Source: Candidatus Hydrogenedens sp. (lineage in GTDB: Bacteria; Hydrogenedentota; Hydrogenedentia; Hydrogenedentales; Hydrogenedentaceae). From it: DNA of 64,000 bases. The position numbers were made by a program, and so were the translations under genes. Position 1 is the stretch's first letter; each line of letters begins with the position of its first letter. The stretch spans positions 32,001-96,000 of the forward strand of contig JBMFRC010000003.1 in the NCBI GenBank assembly GCA_049968235.1, given 5' to 3'. This document shows, piece by piece, positions 45,730 to 55,929 of the stretch. Below the pieces are notes generated by a model that was given only the letters and a program-made list of their open reading frames with translations, had not been told where the DNA came from and made no database searches.

Positions 45730-47067
45730 ATGTTTAGTGATGCACTCATGTTAGCACGAATTCAATTTGCTTTAACCGCCATGTTTCATTACCTTTATCC
45801 GCCTTTAACAATAGGATTGGGCTGGATTATGGTTTATATGTCCTATCAACGTTTCAAAACCGAGGAAAAGATTTATGATAAAATGGCACGCTTTTGGACC
45901 AATATCTTCGCTATAACCTTTGCTATGGGTGTTACTACGGGCATAGTTATGGAATTTGAATTTGGGACAAACTGGTCCGAATATTCTCGATTTGTAGGTG
46001 ATGTTTTTGGTTCCCCATTAGCTGCAGAAGCATTAATCTCTTTCTTCCTTGAATCTACATTTTTAGGTATCCTCGTTTTTGGATGGAATCGCGTATCCAA
46101 AAAGGCTCACTTTTTTGCTACATTTTTGGTAGCTTTAGGAGCGACTCTATCCGCGTTGTGGATTATAGTAGCAAATTCATGGCAACATACCCCCGCAGGT
46201 TTTCATATTGTAGAAACGCATCTGGGACCGCGAGCAGAAATCATTAGTTTCTGGCAGATGTTTTTTAATCCTTCCACAGTGGGCAGATATTTCCATGTCA
46301 TTTTCAGTGCCATGTTAAATGCTTCCTTTTTTGTCATGAGCATTTCTGCACTTTATATCTTAAAGGGCAGGTATGAAGAATTTGCTCGTCGTTCCTTAAA
46401 AATTGCTCTGATATTTGGTGTTATCGGAGCTTATTTCACATTGCTTTTTGGACATCATCAGGCAATAGTGGTTGCACGACATCAACCTGCAAAATTAGCC
46501 GCCTTTGAAGGACATTTCAAGACAACAGAAGGGGGCACTCCTTACTATCTTTTCGGAATACCAAACGAGGAGAAGAAAAAAGTTGATTATGGTATTACTG
46601 TCCCCGGCTTTTTGAGTTTCCTGGTCTATTTTGACTTTAATAAGCCCGTAAAAGCCTTAGACCAGTTCCCACCTGAAGACCCGCCACCCGTAAAATTACC
46701 CTTTTTCACCTTCCATTTGATGGTAAGTTTAGGAATGTTCTTCATCGCTTTAACCACACTATCTTTATTTCTCTGGTGGAAAAATAAGTTGTTTGACTAT
46801 CGCTGGCTTTTATGGATATTTGTTTTTTCACTTCCGTTACCTTATATCGCCAACATGGCAGGCTGGATTGCTGCGGAAGTGGGTAGACAACCCTGGATTG
46901 TTCAAGATTTATTGCGAACCAAAGATGGTGTTTCTCCGGGTGTCTCAGCCAGTCAGGTTTTCTCTTCTACTGTAATGTTCACCATGATTTACTCCCTTTT
47001 ATTCATTCTATATGTGTTTATTCTTGTTAAGAAAGTAAAAAAAGGTCCTGAACTCATAAACCATTAA
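45730..47067 (+). CDS. cydA: Cytochrome bd ubiquinol oxidase subunit I
   Basis: MLARIQFALTAMFHYLYPPLTIGL..., a Q-loop, and the characteristic GRQPW motif. Confidence 0.9.
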   Translation: MFSDALMLARIQFALTAMFHYLYPPLTIGLGWIMVYMSYQRFKTEEKIYDKMARFWTNIFAITFAMGVTTGIVMEFEFGTNWSEYSRFVGDVFGSPLAAEALISFFLESTFLGILVFGWNRVSKKAHFFATFLVALGATLSALWIIVANSWQHTPAGFHIVETHLGPRAEIISFWQMFFNPSTVGRYFHVIFSAMLNASFFVMSISALYILKGRYEEFARRSLKIALIFGVIGAYFTLLFGHHQAIVVARHQPAKLAAFEGHFKTTEGGTPYYLFGIPNEEKKKVDYGITVPGFLSFLVYFDFNKPVKALDQFPPEDPPPVKLPFFTFHLMVSLGMFFIALTTLSLFLWWKNKLFDYRWLLWIFVFSLPLPYIANMAGWIAAEVGRQPWIVQDLLRTKDGVSPGVSASQVFSSTVMFTMIYSLLFILYVFILVKKVKKGPELINH

Positions 47068-47092
47068 ACTTCAATAAGCAGAGGAGTTTTTT

Positions 47093-48097
47093 ATGTTACT
47101 TAATGTAATCTGGTTTGTTTTAATGACAGTCTTGCTCATGGTTTATGCCATTCTGGAAGGTTTTGATTTAGGTGTCGGAATTTTACATCTATTCACACGA
47201 AAAAATGAGCATCGGCGTATCTTGATGAATTCCATCGGTCCTGTTTGGGATGGAAATGAGGTCTGGTTGATTACCTTCGGAGGTGCCTTATTTGCCGCAT
47301 TCCCAACAGCATACGCTACCGTTTTTTCTGCTTTTTATACACCCTTTATGATATTGCTTACTACTTTAATATTCCGTGCCGCATCAATGGAATTTCGGAA
47401 CAAAGTGGAGTCGCCCGTGTGGCAGGATATCTGGGATGTCCTATTTTCTATCTCCAGTCTTATAGCAACACTTTTATTAGGTGTGGCAGGAGGAAACGCC
47501 CTACAAGGGATAACTATCAATGAAAAAGGAATTTTCCAGGGCAATTTCTTCTCTTTCCTCAATCCTTTGGGAGTAATCGCAGGTTTATTTGTTATATTCC
47601 TTTTCGCTTTACACGGTTCCTTATACCTTCAAATGAAAACAGAGGAAGAACTAAACTACCAGATAAAACAAACATCAAAGGTATTAAGTTTTTTTGTCCT
47701 CATCCTTTTTGCAGTGTTAACCTCTGTTAGTTTTTCCTCTGTCGCATGGGCAAAGCCTCGGCTTATCACATCTATTTTAGGCTTGATTGCGGTTGCTATG
47801 TTAGGACTAACTCTCTGGTTATCCTGGAAAGAGAAGGGTGGTATTGCCTTTTTAAGCAATACAGGCTTTATTGCTTCCATCATCCTGCTATTTTCATCTA
47901 ATATGTTTCCCTATCTTGTCCGCTCTTCCCTAAATCCTTCTTTCAGTCTTGATATATACAATTCCGCTTCCAGTCCTAAAACGCTGGCTATTATGTTAGG
48001 CATTGTTCTAGCCGTGTTACCCATAGTCCTTGTCTATACAGGGTATGTCTATTGGGTATTTCGCGGTCCTGTCAAATTAGATGAAAATTCCTACTGA
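47093..48097 (+). CDS. cydB: Cytochrome bd ubiquinol oxidase subunit II
   Basis: Polytopic 334-aa protein immediately after cydA, with WDGNEVWL-type motifs. Confidence 0.85.
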   Translation: MLLNVIWFVLMTVLLMVYAILEGFDLGVGILHLFTRKNEHRRILMNSIGPVWDGNEVWLITFGGALFAAFPTAYATVFSAFYTPFMILLTTLIFRAASMEFRNKVESPVWQDIWDVLFSISSLIATLLLGVAGGNALQGITINEKGIFQGNFFSFLNPLGVIAGLFVIFLFALHGSLYLQMKTEEELNYQIKQTSKVLSFFVLILFAVLTSVSFSSVAWAKPRLITSILGLIAVAMLGLTLWLSWKEKGGIAFLSNTGFIASIILLFSSNMFPYLVRSSLNPSFSLDIYNSASSPKTLAIMLGIVLAVLPIVLVYTGYVYWVFRGPVKLDENSY

Positions 48098-48190
48098 TGG
48101 CAATATTTCAGGTTTAAATTCATGATTTGAAAGAGGTAAGATAAGTAGAAACAACGAATTAATGACCTGAATAATAGGAGCGACAGGATT

Positions 48191-49882
48191 ATGAAGGATA
48201 CCTATGCCCTTGGACTGGATTATGGAACCAATTCGGTTCGTGCGTTGATTGTCAATGTTCATACGGGTGAAGAAATTGGGACCGCAGTTGTAAATTATAC
48301 CCACGGTGAACAGGGAATTATTCTAGCCTCGAAAGACCCTCATCTTGCCCGCCAGCATCCCAAAGATTACATTCAAGGGCTGGAACAGGTGGTAAAAGAT
48401 GCAATAGAAGATGCTAAAGCCAACAATCCCTATTTCAATGCAGAAAGTATAATCGGTATTGGTGTTGATACTACGGGTAGCACACCTTTACCTGTGGACC
48501 GCGAAGGCACACCGCTTGCTTTCCATGAAGAATTTGCCAACGACCCCAATGCAATGGCATGGCTCTGGAAAGACCATACCTCATATGCAGAAGCGGATGA
48601 AATCACACAGCAGGCAAAACAACAGAGACCCCATTTCCTTGCCAAATGTGGTGGGACATATTCCTCCGAATGGTTCTGGTCAAAATTACTTCACTGTCGG
48701 CGTATTGCCCCCAAAGTGTTCACATCCGCTTATACCTGGGTCGAATGTGCTGATTGGATACCTGCAGTGCTCACAGGAACGACCCATCCGGATAAAATTA
48801 AGCGATGTATTTGTGCCGGTGGGCATAAAGCTATGGCAAATCCCTCCTGGCATGGCTATCCCGATGAAACTTTTTTGGGCTTTCTTGACCCCGAATTAGC
48901 ACGAATTCGTCAGACCTTACCGGATATTTTATTCTGTGTAAAAGATAAAGCGGGAGATTTAACGCAGGAATGGGCAGAAAAATTATCTTTGCGTGCAGGT
49001 ATTCCTGTGGCAGTAGGTGCCTTTGATGCTCACTTAGGGGCAGTCGGTTGTGGAATAGCTCCCGGGGTGCTTACGAAAATTGTAGGCACATCCACCTGCG
49101 ATATGATGGTGGCACCTATGGACCAACCCCTGCCTGACATTCCCGGACTTTGCGGAATTGTTCCTGAATCTATTTTACCCGGCATGTTCGGATTGGAAGC
49201 GGGACAATCTGCCTTTGGGGATATTTATAACTGGTTTGTACAGTATATTCAACCCGGTGGTCCTGTCGAAGGGTCCCATGAAAAACTTACCGAAGAAGCA
49301 GAAAAATTAAAGCCCGGTGAAAGCGGATTGTTGGCATTGGACTGGCATAATGGGAACCGAACTATTCTTGTGGACCCGCAATTAACAGGAGCGGTCATCG
49401 GTTTAACACTTCTTACCAAACCTGCAGAAATATATCGTGCATGGATTGAAGCCACAGCCTTCGGGGCTCGTGTTATTATGGAACGTTTTGAAGAGTATGG
49501 CGTTAAAGCGGAACGCGTTATCAATTGTGGTGGTATCGCTATGAAGAATCCATTGGTAATGCAAATCCTTGCAGATGTTATGGGTAAAACAATGGAACTT
49601 TCTCGAAGTCAACAGACCTGTGCACTTGGCTCTGCTATATGTGGGTCTGTTGTTGCAGGTTCCGCAAACGGGGGACATACCGATTTTGCCTCCGCTATTA
49701 AAGCAATGACAGGTGTTCAATCCACAAAATATATACCCAATCCGAAAAATCAACAAATATATAACCAACTATACAAACTATACCGTCAGTTACATGATGC
49801 TTTTGGGACTAAAGAATATCAGGGCAACCTTGCCAATGTCATGAAAGAACTTCTGACCATTCGACGCAATATCAGCCAGTAA
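48191..49882 (+). CDS. araB: L-ribulokinase (FGGY family)
   Basis: The N-terminus is near-collinear with E. coli AraB (ALGLDYGTNSVRAL...GIGVDTTGSTP...ENPNAMAWLWKDHT). 563 aa. Confidence 0.8.
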   Translation: MKDTYALGLDYGTNSVRALIVNVHTGEEIGTAVVNYTHGEQGIILASKDPHLARQHPKDYIQGLEQVVKDAIEDAKANNPYFNAESIIGIGVDTTGSTPLPVDREGTPLAFHEEFANDPNAMAWLWKDHTSYAEADEITQQAKQQRPHFLAKCGGTYSSEWFWSKLLHCRRIAPKVFTSAYTWVECADWIPAVLTGTTHPDKIKRCICAGGHKAMANPSWHGYPDETFLGFLDPELARIRQTLPDILFCVKDKAGDLTQEWAEKLSLRAGIPVAVGAFDAHLGAVGCGIAPGVLTKIVGTSTCDMMVAPMDQPLPDIPGLCGIVPESILPGMFGLEAGQSAFGDIYNWFVQYIQPGGPVEGSHEKLTEEAEKLKPGESGLLALDWHNGNRTILVDPQLTGAVIGLTLLTKPAEIYRAWIEATAFGARVIMERFEEYGVKAERVINCGGIAMKNPLVMQILADVMGKTMELSRSQQTCALGSAICGSVVAGSANGGHTDFASAIKAMTGVQSTKYIPNPKNQQIYNQLYKLYRQLHDAFGTKEYQGNLANVMKELLTIRRNISQ

Positions 49883-49940
49883 GGTTATAAAAATATGATA
49901 ATATAATATATATAAGCAAGAATCTTTTTAAGGGTAGAGT

Positions 49941-51821
49941 ATGAGTCAAAATATCGAGGGCAATTTAAGTTCGCCAATGGGACAGGCTCTGGTAGACGAA
50001 GGTGTTATCACCGAGGAACAGTTAAGACGGGCTCTACGTATCCAGAGTTTACTGGAACAACCCAGACATCTTAGTGATGTTTTAATTGAATTAGGCTATG
50101 CTACCCGTCAGACAATTAATCAGGCGATTACAAAGCATGGGGGGAATCTTCGTTTAGGGGATTTGTTAATAGAACAAGGAATTATTACACCAGAGGTATT
50201 AAATTCCGCACTGGCTCTTCAAAAGGAACGCGGTATTCGACTTGGGGAGGCTCTTATTGAATTAGGGGCTATTAACGAACGCACATTACTTCGAAATTTG
50301 GCACATCAGATGAGTGTGCCTTTCATTGAACCGGAATTCCCTATGATTGACCCCCGTCTTTTGCAGGGCGTATCTCCGGCATATTTGCGAAAGTATAATT
50401 TTATCCCTTTCTCGAAGGAGGAAGATGGGAGTATTACCGTTGTAGTAAGCGATATTAACAATGACCAGGTTCGGCAGGCTATTCAAGATGTTTTTCAGGG
50501 ACAATTTAATGTGGCGTTAGGACCACAAGATGCTATTCAGGAGTCCATCCAGGCGTTTGAAGAATACCGACGACAGATAACACAGGCCCCTGGTACAGCA
50601 CATGCAGGAGAAGATAATATTATTCAATTGGTAGACCATCTTCTTATAACTGCCATTGAACGCCGTGCTAGTGATATTCATATTGAACCTATGGCGGACA
50701 AAATTAGAATACGCTATCGAATTGACGGCGTATTGGTATATCATACCGACCTACCCCTGACAATGCTACCGCGTCTTATATCCCGTATCAAAATTATGGC
50801 AGGCTGTAATATCACAGAACATCAACGACATCAAGGGGAACGTATTCTTTTTCCATATAAGGGGAAAGATATTGATTTGCGATTATCCATTTATGTTACG
50901 GTATATGGCGAATCCGCAGTTATGCGTGTTTTGAACAGAGATTTGGCTTTGGTAACTCTGGATGAATTGGGGATGAACCGTAGCATGTTGGAGCGTTATC
51001 GCTATGATGTTCTGGACTTGCCCACAGGGGTAGTGCTGATTACCGGACCTACCGGTTCAGGAAAAACGACAACATTATATGCCAGTATTGCCTATTCAAA
51101 TGATGTATCACGAAAAATTATCACTGCGGAAGACCCTGTTGAATTCACTATTGATGGAGTTGTGCAATGTTCCGTTAACGACAAGGTCAATCGCACTTTC
51201 GACTCTACCCTGCGTGAAATTGTGCGTCAGGACCCGGATATAATTGTTATCGGAGAAATCCGGGACCGTGAAACAGCCCAGGTAGCCATTCAGGCTGCAT
51301 TAACCGGGCATAAAGTATATTCGACATTCCATACAGAAGACACCATCGGTGGACTTCTACGTTTGATTGATATGGATATAGAAACTTTCCTCATTTCCTC
51401 AACTGTTATCTCGGTACTGGCTCAACGATTACTCCGTCGCATCTGTCCCAAATGCATTGTCCCTTATATCCCTACTGCAAGAGAGGCACAATCATTGGGA
51501 TTAGACTATGCCGAGGTGCGAGAATATGAATATAAGCGAGGAAAGGGCTGTCAGTATTGTTCATACACGGGTTACCGGGGAAGAGTAGGGGCTTATGAAT
51601 TGCTGGTCCTTAATGAAGATGTGAAGGAAGCAATTCTTCAGAAAAAGACCGCTCACGAAATACGACGAATTAGCGTAGATTCCACAGGACTTATTAGTAT
51701 GCGAGAAGATGCCATTTCAAAAGTCATTCGTGGCACTACTACATACGAAGAAGTCGTTAAACATACACCGCGAACCTTTAATCTGCGTTCCATACGGCAA
51801 ATTATGACTTTATGTTCATAA
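49941..51821 (+). CDS. GspE/PilB/MshE-family secretion ATPase with N-terminal MshEN (c-di-GMP-binding) domain
   Basis: Two 24-aa MshEN motifs RLGDLLIEQGIITPEVLNSALALQ and RLGEALIELGAINERTLLRNLAHQ separated by a 5-aa spacer. Walker A GPTGSGKTT. Tetracysteine CPKC...CQYC. Confidence 0.8.
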   Translation: MSQNIEGNLSSPMGQALVDEGVITEEQLRRALRIQSLLEQPRHLSDVLIELGYATRQTINQAITKHGGNLRLGDLLIEQGIITPEVLNSALALQKERGIRLGEALIELGAINERTLLRNLAHQMSVPFIEPEFPMIDPRLLQGVSPAYLRKYNFIPFSKEEDGSITVVVSDINNDQVRQAIQDVFQGQFNVALGPQDAIQESIQAFEEYRRQITQAPGTAHAGEDNIIQLVDHLLITAIERRASDIHIEPMADKIRIRYRIDGVLVYHTDLPLTMLPRLISRIKIMAGCNITEHQRHQGERILFPYKGKDIDLRLSIYVTVYGESAVMRVLNRDLALVTLDELGMNRSMLERYRYDVLDLPTGVVLITGPTGSGKTTTLYASIAYSNDVSRKIITAEDPVEFTIDGVVQCSVNDKVNRTFDSTLREIVRQDPDIIVIGEIRDRETAQVAIQAALTGHKVYSTFHTEDTIGGLLRLIDMDIETFLISSTVISVLAQRLLRRICPKCIVPYIPTAREAQSLGLDYAEVREYEYKRGKGCQYCSYTGYRGRVGAYELLVLNEDVKEAILQKKTAHEIRRISVDSTGLISMREDAISKVIRGTTTYEEVVKHTPRTFNLRSIRQIMTLCS

Positions 51822-51843
51822 TCAGTAAAAAAGGGCTTAATTT

Positions 51844-52872
51844 ATGAATCTTACATGTCCATTTTGTCAGGCAGTTATATCTCCTCCCCAAAAAATGCGA
51901 AAGTGGTTTTTGTGGATTTGCAAAGAATGTAATAATCCTTTATGGATACAGGCACAAGGAACGAAAAACCTTGTTCAACCGTTTAGCAATTACACCGATG
52001 TTCGGTCGGTGCTACAACCCAACTCCATTGGAGCAAAAATTTTTGAACATCTGCCCGGGTATATCGAAAAGATACCTGTCATTCCTCGTATCGGACAGCG
52101 ATTGCTAAATACTATTCAAAAACCGGATGTCTCTTTTTCAGAATTGGTTTCCATTGTCCAGGAAGACCCTTCTTTATCCATGTCCATATTAAAAATGGCA
52201 AATAGTGCTTATTATGCAGGTTTGCAGGAAGTTAAAGATTTATTAACTGCCTGCTCACGCCTGGGCTTACAAACTTTAACGAACTTGGCACAGGTTTATG
52301 CAAGCCAGAAAGTATTTCAATCTTCAGACCCAAAATTAAATGCAGAGTTTCAGAAATTATGGAAACATTCCATTGCAACCGCTCATGCTTCGTATGAACT
52401 GGCGATTATTGTTGCAGAACCCCATCCGGAAGTTATGTTTCTCGCAGGTTTGCTTCATGATGTAGGGCATATTGTTCTACTTCAAATATTAAATGAGGTA
52501 AAATCATCTGCTTTTTCACAACTTATCGCCAGTCCTCAATTAACACAAGAGGTATTGATGCAATTTCATCCATTGGTGAGCCTTTTCGTCTTACAAAAAT
52601 GGGATATACCCGATGAATTTGCCGTTTTATCTTTTTCCCATCACGACCCATCACTTACACCTATGGAAGATTTACGAACACAAACACACATTCTCTGTCT
52701 ATCCAATTTAATTGTTTCAAGAGAAGGTTATAATTTCTTCCCCTTGACCGAAAATATTGTTTTCCTACAACATCCTTCCACACAATATTTAAATCTGAAT
52801 GATTTGAAAATTGCGACATTACGTGTGGACCTTGCAGACAAACTGGATGCTTATTTCTCCTCTATCGGGTAG
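51844..52872 (+). CDS. HDOD-domain signalling protein with N-terminal zinc-ribbon
   Basis: N-terminal CPFC...CKEC, then HDOD motifs (LAGLLHDVGHIVLLQ). Confidence 0.7.
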   Translation: MNLTCPFCQAVISPPQKMRKWFLWICKECNNPLWIQAQGTKNLVQPFSNYTDVRSVLQPNSIGAKIFEHLPGYIEKIPVIPRIGQRLLNTIQKPDVSFSELVSIVQEDPSLSMSILKMANSAYYAGLQEVKDLLTACSRLGLQTLTNLAQVYASQKVFQSSDPKLNAEFQKLWKHSIATAHASYELAIIVAEPHPEVMFLAGLLHDVGHIVLLQILNEVKSSAFSQLIASPQLTQEVLMQFHPLVSLFVLQKWDIPDEFAVLSFSHHDPSLTPMEDLRTQTHILCLSNLIVSREGYNFFPLTENIVFLQHPSTQYLNLNDLKIATLRVDLADKLDAYFSSIG

Positions 52873-52887
52873 CTGAACCTAAATACC

Positions 52888-52922
52888 GTCAAACGGGTCA
52901 GACTTATCGGATTTGTCGGACC
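52888..52922. repeat. Dispersed intergenic motif, copy 4 (four tandem units)
   Basis: GTCAAACGGGTCAGACTTATCGGATTTGTCGGACC, lying between the HDOD and terminase convergent stops. Confidence 0.45.
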
Positions 52923-52923
52923 T

Positions 52924-54345
52924 TCAAAACACATGGATCCTTGGCTTTACCCGAATATGTGGAATTACCCTTTCATGTGTATCCATATACCACGCTAACA
53001 GTGCACATCGGTCTGCATCAATAATATGGTCATTCCCTTTCGAATACACATATTGCCCTTGAGCATTTAATACATAGGTGTGATTTGCATATTGTTGCTC
53101 CCGCTCTGCGCTTTTCGGAAATATAATTGTATGCTCCGCTAAACGCCGTTGTAGCAATTCCGTCATCCATTCTTTGGTTCGCCGTTTCTGAAGCACCCCA
53201 TTTGATAACTGCCCCGTTTCTATCATTCCTCCAAATTCGAACGCACAAACTCGATGTTCCCAATCCTTACCTGATGCCATTAATTGATGTGCCACCGCTC
53301 TACCACTATTCCCACAGTCAATCCCTATCTTACAAAAATGATAATGATTATCCAACTCTTGTATCGTCATCTGTTGCTGAACATAGTTTACATTCTCCAG
53401 ATGCATACGCAGTACACAAATCAAATACGGTGGTTCATTTTTAAAAACGATGAATTCAGAAGGGTCTCGCGAAAAGCCTAAATCACAGCCTAAATAATAC
53501 ATCCCCTTTTTTACAGGTTCCGGCAATTCCCATTTTATCTCTGACCCTTTAAGTCGAATCTCATTTGCCGGCAAACTATCATCAACGCAAAGGAGATAAT
53601 CGTCCAGATTAAACACCGCATTCATCGGTTCTCCATGCAATCCCAATACCCGATGTACATATCCTGGACTATCTCTCCCTCCGTACAACAAAGCCAGTTC
53701 AGCATCTTTCTCAGGGATAAAATCCGGATTAAGATAACTGGGCCAGTGATATTGTTCCGCCTCCGGTAAAAAAGTCATACGGTAAAATGTATTCCGAAGC
53801 CCATTCGGTACACCATAAACCCATCGTTTACCCCCACCTTTCAGGGATTGATACAATTCCCCCCAACTTGTTTCTGTCATTTCCTGTGCCTCATCTACAA
53901 TCTGCCAGTCCACATGCATCCCCTGAAAATTTATTCCACGCGGTCCTGCAATCCGACCCCATAGAGTAAATCCATTCACAAATCGTATGAAGTAGGAAGG
54001 GGAACGACGCAATTCTGCAATACCTCCTGCGAATTCCGTCGTTGTTTCAAAACGACGCACCAGTCGATTCATTACCGGGAACAAATGATTTTCACATTGT
54101 GTAGCAATTAACATGGATTTTCCCGGACAATTAACCATAGCCCAGCAGGCTATAATTTCTATTTCCGTCGTTTTCCCTACATCTCTTCCATCACAATGCA
54201 CCTTGCGTAATGCCTGTGATTCCAGAGAATTGCGTTGATAATTGCGAACTCGCCAATGCGTACCATCAACATTATGAAAGAAACGATATGCAAACAATTC
54301 CCGCCGTTGAAGTAACTGAATTAAAGTCTGTTTCAGAACGGACAC
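52924..54345 (-). CDS. Phage-type terminase large subunit homologue (orphan)
   Basis: Walker A GRDVGKTT and Walker B WQIVDEAQE. C-terminal RNase-H-like nuclease motifs (LGCDLGFSRDPSEF, IGIDCGNSG, HIIDADR), as in TerL. Confidence 0.6.
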   Translation of the reverse strand: MSVLKQTLIQLLQRRELFAYRFFHNVDGTHWRVRNYQRNSLESQALRKVHCDGRDVGKTTEIEIIACWAMVNCPGKSMLIATQCENHLFPVMNRLVRRFETTTEFAGGIAELRRSPSYFIRFVNGFTLWGRIAGPRGINFQGMHVDWQIVDEAQEMTETSWGELYQSLKGGGKRWVYGVPNGLRNTFYRMTFLPEAEQYHWPSYLNPDFIPEKDAELALLYGGRDSPGYVHRVLGLHGEPMNAVFNLDDYLLCVDDSLPANEIRLKGSEIKWELPEPVKKGMYYLGCDLGFSRDPSEFIVFKNEPPYLICVLRMHLENVNYVQQQMTIQELDNHYHFCKIGIDCGNSGRAVAHQLMASGKDWEHRVCAFEFGGMIETGQLSNGVLQKRRTKEWMTELLQRRLAEHTIIFPKSAEREQQYANHTYVLNAQGQYVYSKGNDHIIDADRCALLAWYMDTHERVIPHIRVKPRIHVF

Positions 54346-54392
54346 ACTACACTCCCCTGAATAAATAAAAATCAGAAATTAAAAAGACGCGA

Positions 54393-54896
54393 TTATTTTC
54401 CCGGTGGATACCACACCTTCACCTTTTTAGTTTGTCTTCCCCAACGCATTGCTTCTTTGTGTTTCTTAAAAAACAGGTCTATACTATTCCCTTTTACAGA
54501 ACCACCACGGTCTTCCACTCTGCCATAACCATAGCCCGGAATATACATAACCGTCCCAAAAGGGAAGCGACTTATATCGGCTGAAATGGTTCCCTTCTTT
54601 GCTTTAACACCACTGGCAGTCACACCTACTTTCTTGGGTTTCCCTTTATTAGGACCATGGGCAACTACCGGACGGAAATACCAATTCCTTTTCCAATTAC
54701 AGCATTTACCACATGGACAATACCCACGCGTTTCTAAAGTTAATATCTCGGAACGAGAACCCGCCTGAGGCTTAAATCGAGATGAAGTTGTAGCACAGCC
54801 CGCAGAAAAAAACAAGAATACTGTTAGCGTTAGTATCAAATATCGTCGAAGCATCTTTTCAATGTTCCTTATCCATTGTTTATTTACTTTAATCAT
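54393..54896 (-). CDS. 3D-domain (MltA-like) lipoprotein
   Basis: Lipobox FFSAGC. C-terminal GTVMYIPGYGYGRVEDRGGSVKGNSIDLFF fits the 3D-domain pattern. Confidence 0.6.
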   Translation of the reverse strand: MIKVNKQWIRNIEKMLRRYLILTLTVFLFFSAGCATTSSRFKPQAGSRSEILTLETRGYCPCGKCCNWKRNWYFRPVVAHGPNKGKPKKVGVTASGVKAKKGTISADISRFPFGTVMYIPGYGYGRVEDRGGSVKGNSIDLFFKKHKEAMRWGRQTKKVKVWYPPGK

Positions 54897-54929
54897 ATCC
54901 TTTACTATTCTATCAAATTTGTTGAATGA

Positions 54930-55433
54930 TTAATTATCTTGATTCACAAGAATTTCTTCTTTACTTCCCACGACTAAATTCTTTTGCATCGTTCCATTGC
55001 CTTTCTCCAATTCGTGCATACAACACACCAAATCCTGAACAAGTTCCGCAATACTCATAGAAGATGTTTTTGCTTCCACTGGCTTGATATTTTCAAATTC
55101 CTGCACCAACTTGCGTTGCCGTTCCATATATTTACATAAAATCTCATAATATTGTAAAGAATGGTTTGTCTTTTCTGTTTTTTTGGAAGATTCTATACAC
55201 ACATCTTCCTTTTTAGACATCAGTGGAGATAATAGGAATTCCTGTTCCAGCCTCTGGATAAAAAAAGTGAGTATAAGCAATTCTCGCAAACGCACTTGTA
55301 GCCAAGGTGATATTTCAATTCCATTATTCTGAAACCACACTTGCAGTGCTCTATATTTTTCTCGCCATTGCCGTTTTTCATATGGCGTTAGCCATGCTTC
55401 ACCTTTTTCAATAGAATAAAATATCGAGTCCAT
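54930..55433 (-). CDS. Hypothetical protein
   Basis: 167-aa ORF with no recognisable motifs. Co-oriented with the 3D-domain and terminase genes. Confidence 0.4.
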   Translation of the reverse strand: MDSIFYSIEKGEAWLTPYEKRQWREKYRALQVWFQNNGIEISPWLQVRLRELLILTFFIQRLEQEFLLSPLMSKKEDVCIESSKKTEKTNHSLQYYEILCKYMERQRKLVQEFENIKPVEAKTSSMSIAELVQDLVCCMHELEKGNGTMQKNLVVGSKEEILVNQDN

Positions 55434-55792
55434 AAAAATCTCCTATTATCTTTTATTGATATCTCTAAAAATATAGGAAAAAATTTTGCCCTGAAAAGCA
55501 GATAAACCTTTGACATATTTGAAGGAACACTTCCTTGCGATAAGTTATATATGATTTGCAGAAAAAGAATATAAGTCCAACACAATGATATTGAAATTCT
55601 ATTTATTTAGCATGCCAGCGGGATTATGAAACACGATATTTTAACATATATTAATATTATAATGTAATGTAATTGTATGCATACAAATATCACTCATTTA
55701 TAAAAAATAAATATCATATAATAAAGATAGAATAATTTGAATAACTTTACTTTTAATATGTATTTATTATTTAAATAATTATTAAAATTTAC

Positions 55793-55821
55793 TTGACAAA
55801 TAAAAATATATTTATTATAAT
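55793..55821 (+). promoter_or_regulatory. Perfect consensus sigma-70 promoter (TTGACA-N17-TATAAT) upstream of the DUF1559 pilin-like gene
   Basis: TTGACA 55793-55798, 17-nt spacer, TATAAT 55816-55821. It is embedded in a ~400-bp, ~80% AT tract. Confidence 0.6.
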
Positions 55822-55929
55822 TATCCCGTAACTACAATTTAATATTTTCGTTATATTCATGTGCCCTGCATGAATAAGGATTAAATCAATCAAAGGGTTT
55901 TCAGGGCAAACCCAAGAAGGAGTTCTAAT

